Of a DNA stretch of 64,000 nucleotides, positions 1 through 9,900 are shown one piece after another. The DNA is from Cyanophora paradoxa CCMP329 (Eukaryota; Plantae; Glaucophyta). Numbering within the stretch: position 1 is the stretch's first letter; each line of letters starts with the position of its first letter. The position numbers were made by a program, and so were the translations under genes. Location of the stretch: contig QPMI01000085.1 in NCBI GenBank assembly GCA_004431415.1, forward strand, positions 62,001 through 126,000, read 5' to 3'. The notes below the pieces were generated by a model, which was not told where the DNA came from, searched no databases, and saw only the letters and a list, made by a program, of their open reading frames with translations.

Positions 1-326
1 AACAGTCAGTAAAACGCCACTACTAAAGCTAACCGACGCGGCGGTCGCACCAAGGCCGGCGTTGCTACTTGTTTTCGGGGTACAGGTACAAAGCAGCGCA
101 GGGCCACTCTTTGGACTTCCGGAGTTCCTAGCACTCCCGGAGACTCTCTGAAACGTTCGAGCTACCGCTGCGTGTGGATCTGCAGTGCGCGCTTTAGCTA
201 CGCATGAGCTGTGCGGCAGGGCATGCGTTTTGACGCGACATTTGATCTCAGCTAGCTGTTTTACTAGCCGTGTTCACGTCAACCGCTCCAGTCCTTCCGA
301 ACGGGAGCATCGTCGCGCCGGAGCGC

Positions 327-2641
327 ATGCCACTCGAAAAGCCCCCGCGGCACTCGCACGGCGGCGCTTTGCTTGGCCCCGCGCGCCATAGCAGGCCGTG
401 GGCCGGCGGCGGCGTCGTGCAGCGGGCGCCTGTACGACCGCCTGCGCCGTTGTGGCATCCCCCTCGTACAGGTTTCAGGCCTCCCTCATCGGGGGGCGGA
501 GCTCAATCAGCGTTCCGCCTCGCTTGCCCCGACGTGCGCGCGTCATCTTTGAAGCAGCCCATTGTGCCGCAGAAGCGCTCGGTGAGCGACCCCGCGCTTT
601 CGTGTGTTGCACTGCAGCTGAGTCCGTGTGCAGCGCGAATCTGAGGTCGCACCGCTTTCATTCTCGAATGCAATGGGGTGAGCTTATGTACACGACTCCT
701 GTGTCCTTCTTGCGATCGACGATCGCTCAGTAACGCAAGCGTGCACGATTCTGCCTTCGGGCCCGCTCTTCCAGCCGGCCCCGACGTGGGGGGCGTCCCT
801 GGGGAAAGAGCATCGTCGTCGACCGCGCTCCGCCGATCGGTCCTGCAGGCGACCCCGAGGCCGTGGGTCTCAGCTCTGAGAACTCCTCCATACGGCCAGT
901 CAATGCACATTCAAGGAGATTCGCGAGACAGCAGTCGGATGCAGATTGGGCTGGACGAGCAAATTCGCTCGGAGAGAGAAATCAGGCGGTGCGTGCTTTG
1001 AAACTTGCTGCCATGTCAGACGCCGATGCGCAACAGGGGGGAGGAGATTGAAGACCTTCTTAGCCAAATGCAGATGAGGACAATGGCCCTGAGCATCAGC
1101 GACAGCCGCATGTCCTCAGCATGCGACGGGATGGCTCGCACATCGAGCAAGCCGGTTCCGCATCGTTTGCAGATTAGGGAGGTGCCCGAAGACACCTATC
1201 GTGGCCCATCAAGCAGCACACCACAGCCTCCAACATACGCAGAAATTGTTTCAGGAGCACCGAGGCCAACAGGGGTGCGGTTGTTATATCTGCTGCTCTC
1301 CGTTCGTTCAAACCCAGCAGCGTTTGCAGACGATGCTGTCTTCACATTCGAGCCAGCCAGTGGTTTATTTAAAGAACGTGGAAGGGCTTCCTGTGTCTCT
1401 ACAAGAGGCACTCGAAGAGGACATTGAGCAACATGTATGTCTTTTCGATTGCACTGTTTGTCCCGTCTCCTGAATTTCTACAGTTGCAAGAGCGGCTAAC
1501 CATGAAAGAGCTTGCCCGTGCTTGGTTCTTCAGAAAGCGCCCCCTTTCAGTGTGCGTTCAATGCGAACCTGTCCAGGCTGCTAGTGTCCCGCCTTTTACT
1601 CTGGTTGCAGGGAAGAGGAAGAGCGTGTCAAGAAGGAGATGCGAGGGGCATCTGAAGCCGTGATAGTCGAGCACAGCTTCCCCATTCTGGGACTCATCGA
1701 GGTCAAAAGGCGGCATCTTCAAACACTAAATGGCACAGCCTGGCTGAACGACGAGATCATCAACTTCTACATGGGCCTGTTGGCTCGCCGAAACACCCAG
1801 GCCAACCCACCGCTTCCTTTGAAGGTAACCCTACATCCGTTTCAACGAGTTTCTTGCCTCACTTTCGTTCTGCCACCAGTGCCACCTTTGGCATTCCCTC
1901 TTCTACACGCGATTCACTCAGCCTTCATATAATTACAAGAATGTGCAGCGCTGGACACGGAACAAGGTGCACATGCCCCAATACATTCCCTCCCGAGTGC
2001 CGCCATTTTCCATACAACTCTCAGGTGGACATCTTCTCAATGGACCGCGTGATCTGCCCAATAAACGTCAACAACACCCACTGGACCTTGGCTGTCATCA
2101 ACATCAAAGAGAAGCAGGTTTTCCTTGCCTCGTTCTTCCACACTCTGGCTTCCGTCACCATGCTGTTGTGCAGTTTGAATACTATGATGGGTATTACGGA
2201 GATGGGGCAGATGCCTTCCGGGTGTGCAGTGTGCAGCTGTCCGCTCTGTCAAAACTTTGACTTGTGTTGCAGAACTTGAGGCGCTGGCTACAAGACGAGC
2301 ACAAGGACAAGAAAAATGCCGATCTGGACCTCTCGCAGTGGCGCAATGTTTCACCTTCATCAAGCAGAGTCCCAAGCCAGGTGCCTTGCCGACCATTTCG
2401 GCCGCCAGTAGCACACTTCTGGGTTGGATGTTCTGGAGGGTTGATCACAGTTTTGCAGACCGATGGGAACAGCTGTGGGGTCTTCGCATGCATGTTCGCG
2501 GACTATGCTTCAACTGGCGATGAGGGCCTCATGGTTGGCGGGGGACCGGATGCTTTCAGCCAGGGTGACATGCAGTACTTCCGGAGGCGGATAGCGCTCG
2601 AAATTATCCAGGCGCAGGCCTTCTCGGAGCGGGCATCATGA
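327..2641 (+). CDS. Ulp1/SENP-family SUMO protease (peptidase C48), multi-exon; start codon uncertain
   Basis: Spliced exons give LQTLNGTAWLNDEIINFYMGLL, NYKNVQRWTRNK|VDIFSMDRVICPINVNNTHWTLAVIN (catalytic His), FEYYD (Asp), VPSQ|TDGNSCGVFACMFADY (Gln/Cys) and FSQGDMQYFRRRIALEI, with stop at 2641. A low-complexity N-terminus can be spliced in frame from the ATG at 327 (intron 582-633 and others). Confidence 0.93.
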
Positions 2642-2650
2642 GCATATTTG

Positions 2651-2710
2651 ATCGTGACATGTGATGTTCGCTAGCTGTTAACTAGCTAACTAGCAGCACA
2701 TCTGTGTCAC
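2651..2710. repeat. Imperfect ~55-bp hairpin motif just after the Ulp1 stop; second copy at 50690-50737
   Basis: atcgtgacatgtgatgttcgctagctgttaactagctaactagcagcacatc aligns with atcttgacacgtgatgtttgctagcttgctgttaactagcagcacatc. Its arms (gtgaca...tgtcac, gatgt..gctag...ctagc..acatc) are self-complementary. Confidence 0.6.
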
Positions 2711-2754
2711 ACGTGAAAGTGAGCTGTGTTGGGTCGAGTGTGGCCTTTGCCTTA

Positions 2755-2909
2755 TTCAAGTCGAAGCTGATATGATTATGTACTCTTTCTAAGCGACGGG
2801 CGCGCCGGACCTCCTACCTACAGCGCTTTAACTGTACCCGTGCTGTTTGGGTGAGAGCGTAACCCGCAGGGACTGGTGCCCTGATAAAGAAAAGGGGATG
2901 GGAGCCTAG
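2755..2909 (-). ncRNA. Candidate Fanzor omega-RNA scaffold
   Basis: Lies directly 3' of the Fanzor stop, the position where TnpB/Fanzor omega-RNAs occur. Three stem-loops are visible: CAGGG-n7-CCCTG (2867-2883), GGGT-n9-ACCC (2849-2865) and TACAG-n8-CTGTA (2819-2836). The 3' boundary is a guess. Confidence 0.4.
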
Positions 2910-3446
2910 CTAGCTACGAGCCGAGCACTGCGGCAGGCACTTCGCGTCCACGCCCGTGCCGTAGCGGATGAAGATGCTCCTGCAAGAGTACGATTACGAT
3001 TGCGATCGGGCGGCGCTCAGCGGCTGGGAGGGGCGAGCCGGCCCTAGGCCTAAACGGAAAATTATGCCGTGGCTAGGCCGTGTCGGGACTAGCCTAGTAG
3101 GCGGGGGGAGCAGCGATTGTGTATAGGCGTGTATAGACACAACACGCACCGCACGGCGCCGCCGTCGCGGTCCGCCCGGAAGCCGCACCCGGGGCGGCAC
3201 TCGAAGACCCTCTTCGAGCCGAGCCCGTAGTTGATCTTGCCGCACACCCCGCACGTCTTCGAGGTCCAGGCCTCGCAGACGAGCTGGAGCGTGCACGGCG
3301 GGTCCTCGTCCTTGGGGTGCCGCCGGACGGCGTGCTGCAGGAGCTGCCGGAACCTGCACAAAATAAGCATCAAGACCGCGTGGCAGAGGGGGTCGAAACG
3401 CAAGACCAACGTACTCGTAGTGGCGGCAGGACGGCAGAATGGAGGC
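2910..3446 (-). pseudogene. Fanzor (eukaryotic TnpB, IS607/Fanzor2-like) C-terminal fragment with two spliceosomal introns
   Basis: Removing GT-AG introns 3414-3354 and 3149-2980 (both phase 2) gives an open frame: SCRHYEFRQLLQHAVRRHPKDEDPPCTLQLVCEAWTSKTCGVCGKINYGLGSKRVFECRPGCGFRADRDGGAVRSIFIRYG..., stop at 2910. This has the HYxFRQxL motif, RuvC-II Glu (EAWTSKTC), a C4 zinc ribbon and RuvC-III Asp (DRD). RuvC-I and the N-terminus are missing. Confidence 0.88.
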
Positions 3447-3457
3447 TGGACGAATTC

Positions 3458-3640
3458 GAAAGTTGGACGAAAGTTGGACGAAAGTTGGACGAAAGTTGGA
3501 CGAAAGTTGGACGAAAGTTGGACGGAAGTTGGACGAAAGTTGGACGAAAGTTGGACGAAAGTTGGACGAAAGTTGGACGAAAGTTGGACGAAAGTTGGAC
3601 GAAAGTTGGACGAAAGTTGGACGAAAGTTGGGCGAAAGTT
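3458..3640. repeat. Tandem array of the 11-bp unit GAAAGTTGGAC, ~16.6 copies
   Basis: Units occur in exact 11-nt register from 3458, with two single-base variants. Confidence 0.97.
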
Positions 3641-3784
3641 TCTGATTCCGATCGTAACCGCAACGCTGATTCCGATCGTAATCGCAACTCTGATTCCGAT
3701 CGTAATCGCAACTCTGATTCCGATCGTAATCGCAACTCTGATTCCGATCGTAATCGCAACTCTGATTCCGATCGTAATCGCAAC
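3641..3784. repeat. Tandem array of the 24-bp unit TCTGATTCCGATCGTAATCGCAAC, 6 copies
   Basis: Directly abuts the 11-bp array. Copies start at 3641, 3665, 3689, 3713, 3737 and 3761. Confidence 0.97.
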
Positions 3785-3981
3785 TCTCAGAGTCTGATTC
3801 CCATCATACCCGGATCAAATCTTATCCGCAGCCTGTACCCCAGCAGGCTTTCCAGGTTTTTTCTTTGCAATTGGCCGGACAGCTGGCCCCTGAGATCCGT
3901 ACGGCTCAGACTGCTGGGTCCAGAACCGCGATATGAGTATGACGAGCCGGTTCAGGTAGCCTAGCTAGCTCAGGCGGCGGC

Positions 3982-6900
3982 ATGGCAAAGAGCAGCCGGG
4001 CCCGGTCAGCGGGCGGCGGCTTGGGCGTACTATGTGCCGCGTTGGTATTACTCTATGTTACAGGTGCGAACTCCGCCGATCGTGGGATCGTGAATCGAGC
4101 TGAAGTTGCCGTGTCCGCAGCATCGAGCGCTGAGTCCAGCCCGGAGCCGGGACCCTCTTTGAGGATCTGCGTGGCTTTCAACGAGGCGTCTCTGGAGTTG
4201 GACGCTGCAGGGGGTGAACAGGGCTCATGGAGAAGCAGCACGAGCGTTCGGGCGCTCGAGCAGCTCGTCCGGGACCTTGCAGCAGCTGGACACAGGATAG
4301 AACTGCTTTTCGTAGCTAAGTCAGCATTTGAAGTACAAGCACCACCAGCCCTGGACGTCGCGTCCATTCCCGGCGTCGAGCTGATCAGCTTGGTTGCCTC
4401 TGCAGCCATGCGGTTGCCGTCCGCAGCAGGCGCGGACGAGTCGCATGCGCTGTACGAGTATCTGCAGCGCGCAGATCCCCGATTCGACGCCGCCTTCGTC
4501 GCGTCAACAGGGGGTCTTGCGTACCAGTCGGTTCTTGCACGCCGCCAGCACCTGGGCCTTGCTGGATGCCCCATCGCGGCGTTCGCTACTGGCGCGTCGC
4601 ATGTGGACTGGCAAGGGGATCAGGACGACCTTGCTGACGGGCGGATCGCGGTGGAAAGGGCCGTGGAATTCGCAGACGGCTTCGTCGCTGCCTCGCACGA
4701 GGCCGCGTCGATCCACGGCCGCCTTCCTGCCATCCGGGCGCTCCTCTCCGATCCCGGTGACCAAGTGCAGGAGCTGCTACTCGCCCTTCGGCGCGCGGAG
4801 GCATCCCGCGCAACGGGGGACGAGTCGGACGAGGCCCTCGAGCGTCTGGCGACGGTCGTGATCATCCCGAGCGTATTCGGAGACTCGGAGGCGATCAGGC
4901 GGGTCGCGCACGCGTGGTCGGTGGCGGCTCCTGGTGCCGATAAGCTCATCATGGGGGCGCCCCGGGATGCTGAAGCGTTTGGCGTGGCGGAAGCCAAGCA
5001 GCGAGGGTGGCGTCACGTCTCTCACCCGTTCTTCTCGGCTTCCGCGGCCCTTAATCAGGCTCTGAACCACGCGCGGGGCCGCTTCCTCCTCTTCCCGGAC
5101 CCGCGGACCTTACCCAAGCCAGGCGGCCTCACGGTGATTGTACGGGCCGCCATCAAGACTGGCTCCAGGGCAGTGTCGGGTCTGATCGAGGCCCGCGGGG
5201 CAGTCGCGGCGCCTGGGGGGCCGCGTTCAGCGCGGACACTGCCGCAGGACTACCTTCTCGACCGCTCCGCCGTGTCGGCTGCCCGTGGCTTCCCCGAGAT
5301 CGCAGCCTCCAGCGAGGGACAAGCAGCGTTGCAGTCGATCCGGGCAGTCGCCGAACGCCTGGCAGGCGACGAGGGCGTCGAGATTGTTCCGCATGTGACA
5401 GCAGAGCTGCCAACAACGGCCCTCCCAGCGTGGTTCTCTCCAGCTAGCGTCGGGCAGAACGGGTGGGATGCCCTTCATCTCGTGCTCAGCGGCAGTACAG
5501 CTCCCTCCTTCGGGCGCCGCCGTAAGATGCTCCAGCTTTCGTCGAGCGCGAACATCCTGTACAGCCTCTCGCTGGCCCCAAAAGCTTACTCGCCCGTAAA
5601 TGAGTCATCCAGTGTGACTCTACAGACCTTCGGGCTCTGGAGGTTCCAGTGGGCCAACTCGAGCCTCTCCTCCCAACAGCTCAACGTCACTGTGAATACA
5701 ACGGGCAAGGGAGATCTTTCCTTGAACGCCTCTTCCGTGGACGAGGCCTTGAGCTCGCACGGCAATCTCACGGGCACCACAATATCGTTTTCTGCTCCCT
5801 CCTCGCTCATTCCGGGGGCAATCGGCGCGATCAAGTTCACAGGCTTTTCAAACCAATTCGGTGAGGGCCTTGATAATTGAACAAATCAAGACGAATCCCA
5901 CTTACTTTTGTACGCAGGGGTAGAACAGGTGACTGTGCGGATCACGCAGGCCAGCGGTGCAAACCCCATCTCGATCTCGTTTACGTTCACGATCCATGCT
6001 GTGAATGGGGCTCCGACTCTGACACCACCGGGGCCCTTCAACACAACCCAAAATGTGCCCGTGACTATTCCAGCGTTCTCTTTCAGCGATCCGGATGCAG
6101 CAGAGAGCCTCAACTCTGATGATCAGTTCCAGCTTAACATTACCGCGTCGCAAGGACTTGTTGCCATCGTCAATGGCGCCACTTGCGACAGCGCCATCTT
6201 CAACTGCACGCTGGCCAGCGAGACATCCTTGTCCCTGAGTGTCGTATTGTCAGGCCCGTGTGCAGGTCTGCAGTACGTACGTGAGCCTCCTCAGAGTCCC
6301 CACTCTTTGGTCTTGCGTGGCATCCTTTCCGTTTTGCGCCAATGTACCCAAGCTGGCAACTCCATCGAGTACACACCGGCCAGGAATTTCCGATCAGACC
6401 TGAGAGGGGATGACTCCCTCATCATTCAAGTCGAGGATCTTGGTGAGTTCATGTCGGTTTCTTCTCGCAATCTCATTCGCCCAACAATTTGCCCATAGGT
6501 AGCAGTGGGGCAACTCGCAACTACATTGGTAACGGAGATGCAACGGGACCTGGGGCGACGTGGTCTACCGTCTACCCGTGGGAGATTCGCAGGCTGGGCT
6601 GGGACATTCTTCCAGCGGGATCAGGACGCTCGGCCCCCGTCAACATATCGCGGGCGTTCGTTGCATCCGACAAGGGTGCATCCCGCTCGCAGACTGTAGA
6701 CCTCTACGCTCGACATGGTACTCCCAGCAGCGTACTTGAGACCCGGCCTGTGATCAGAGTCGGGGAGTACGTGGCATGCACACTCCGGGAAGATACGTTC
6801 TACTTCCGGGTTGAGATCCGCGATGCGGCCAACCACACGATGATGCATTGGGACTCGAGAGAGGCAAACAAAGGGAACTTCAATTCCACAAGCACCGATT

Positions 6901-9900
6901 GCTCCCGTGCGTTGGAAACTTCATGTGCATTTGCGCTTTGTGTTGCCCCTGTTGGCTAACGATGACCTGCAGGGTGGCACTTCGTTGGTGCCACTTTCGA
7001 TTTGAAGCAGAACATGACCTCACTGGCCCGATTCGTGTACATTGAGGATGGAGGCACCGATGGAGAGAACTGGGTTGGGAACTTTGGGCCTCGATTCACT
7101 GATGCCTTCCTATGGTGAGAAGCTGTGCTTTTTCGCATAACTGCTGCTGTTGATATGTTGTCTCGTATCAGGCTGTCACAGGAGGCTAGAGGAACCGTCA
7201 ACGTGACGGTCCACCACCGCAACCAGCCCCCAGTTGCGAGTGATGTGTTCACTGTTGTGGATGCGGGGGCGACATCCGCCATCAACCTAACGTGCTCTGA
7301 CCCGGATCCCGAAGACCAGCCTGCATCTCTCCAGTATTCCACGACAGGGCTCCGCTTCAGCACGTTGAACTCCTCATCCTACACCGCAATCAGCACAGGA
7401 ACCCTCTCCGCCCCATTGGTCGGCTCTATCGCAGCGTCCTACACTCCACCATCTACTGGATACGCGCTTGTTTCGTTCAACTTCTCATGCACGGACACTG
7501 GCTCCAACACTCGTGCTGCCGCCTCGTCACTTTCTGCCTCCGCGGTTGCAACTGTTGCGGTGAACGATCTTCCTATGCTCGCACAGAGCAGAACAAGCAC
7601 CCCAGAGAACGTCGTGACTGTCGTGTGGCTCAACTTTACAGATGCATACATCGCGCCTGGCCACCGCTACACCATTTCCGTTCTGTCTCTCCCTGCGAGT
7701 GGCACATTGCAGCATTTTCCTGGTGGCGTCGGCTATAGCAATCTTATGCAACTGTCGACAGTCGATGCCAGCAGCTGGATCGTTTCTGGAACATCATTTG
7801 GTGTTCGCCTGATCTACGTGCCCGCAAGAAACGTGAACGGGACCTTTTCCTTCACTTATTCTGTGTCGGATGGGCGGCTCTCGGCGTCGGGCACCGCCTT
7901 CATCAATGTCACCGAGGTAGGTTTCTTTTTTATGCTTCTGGAACTCGCGGCTGAAATAGAGGTTACAGGTATTGCAGGCTCCAGAAACGCTGCCATCGAC
8001 CTATTCCATGCAGGAGAATTCCACACGAGTCATTGATCTCCGCATAAATACTACGTCACCGGAAGATGACACTTTCGAATTCAATATCACCCGTACCCCA
8101 TCGAAAGGGCAGCTTTTTCAGTGGAACCCCACTACTGGGCGGCAGCGGCCAGTTGTTTTGGGAGCCATTGATGCCGATGCAACAATGGTTGAGTACCAGC
8201 CTTCCCCAAACCAGCTGAACTTCGATGGTTCTAGCACGAACTACGGCTTTGGCTTTGACAGCTTTGAGTTCGTTGCAGTCGGCAAACACACTCGGCTTGC
8301 ATCTCAGAACACGACGGTCACACTCAACGTTCGTCCGATCTACTTAGACGAGTCCGAGGGCAACCTCCGTGCTGCCGTACCGAATACAGGCGGCGAAGGG
8401 CACACCTGGAAGCATCTTGCAAACAACGGGTCGTCCATCAACACTGGTCCTCGTGGCACAACGTACACCACAGTTGATCTCCATGGCATTGCAGACATTG
8501 CAATTGGCACCATCGTTTATGATTCCGTCGATTCTGACTATAAGGCTGCGATGAATCTTCCTTTTTTCAATGGGACTGCACTGCAACGGCCTGATAACCC
8601 CTTCAAGACAGGCTTTGAGCAAGGTGACACTACGAACGAGCGAGCCCACACGCCTGGGGAGAGGCTTGTGGCACTGACCTGGGATGGACTTCCGTTTGAT
8701 GACATTCCTCCTGATGCTGGCTTTCGCATCTTCAACACAACAGTTGATAACTCGCAGAACGCAACCTTGCTTAACTATACACGCACTGCACGCTTCTCAT
8801 CGCTCAAAGGTGCATGCTGCTTGCCTGAAAACCCCATTGCATAAGCTCACAGCCACTGCAGTGCATGGACGCGGAACAATACCGGGCTCCCACAGTGAGA
8901 TTTCGCGGACTCTTGACGAGCTTGTCGGTGTCATGTGGGATGATGGCGACACTGGGCTCTCGTTGGTGGCGGTGTCGCTGCTTGATGGAACGATCACTCG
9001 CCTGAGCAACTTGAATGCAACTTCTGCATTCCTAAATGGCGCTGCTTATAACCGTGAGTCACATATTTCGGCGCTCAACCCCCTACTCTGATGTTCTCCT
9101 TGCAGCATTTGATGGATACTACTACGTGCTCGTCGAGGACGACTCCATGCGGACAACGGGCAGCTCGGGTAATGGGCGGCTCATCACGATTGATCTCTCT
9201 AATTTCACCTCGACCATGGCCCGTGCCGGGGCAACTGCACCTGTCCTCGGGAACGTGGCAATGCAGCAGCGCATCCACAAGTGCGTGTCTATCCTACTGA
9301 TGTGTAAGCTCTGTGCCTGACGCCCTCGGATGCAGCCTGAAGTACGCCATTGGTCCTCGGAAGCTACTTGGCCTGGTTGCGCCACGGACAGAGTTTGACT
9401 CCTTCCAGCTGGCTCTGGTGGACAACACAACAGGTCTTGCCATACCCATTGCATCGCTACCTCCAGGCGCTGCAGCCAGTTTTTCGCATGCCACATTCGA
9501 CGCAAACAACTCGGTGTACTACGCTATATTCGATCAGATGAAGAATACGAATGCATCAGCGCTCGAAATGATGGCGATTGATGTCCGCCTGAACACTACC
9601 GTTGAGCAGGGCACAATCAATGACCGTGTGGCTTATCTTCAATCTGACCTCGAATGTGCGTGTATGTTTCATTCAAATGCACAATTATTTCCGTTAATTG
9701 GTCCTCCCAGTGTGCTGCCTCAACACCATCCCACGGAGGTCTTACGCATGGGGCCCTGGTCTGGACAATGCTCGGTCCAACTATCGAACGCACTTCTGGA
9801 TTCAGGTCCGCTTTGGCTTCATAGTAAGTACTTTCTTCTGATCTAAGCACTACTTGAGCAGGCGAGAGACATGTACTACCGCAATGTAACATTCGGCCGT

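Larger units (their letters stand above)
2755..3800 (-). mobile_element. Non-autonomous/truncated Fanzor-bearing transposon remnant (boundaries approximate)
   Basis: Contains Fanzor C-terminal exons, a structured downstream segment and two upstream tandem arrays, lying between two host genes. No TSD or TIR could be identified. Confidence 0.6.

Noticed and set aside
3458-3784. Possible CRISPR array next to a TnpB/Cas12-like gene
   Set aside because: The repeats are head-to-tail with no unique spacers, so these are minisatellites.
3231-3964. ORFs with ESWTKVGRKLD / LIPIVIAT / SDSDRNRN repeats
   Set aside because: These are translations of stop-free tandem repeats in several frames, with no evidence of coding.
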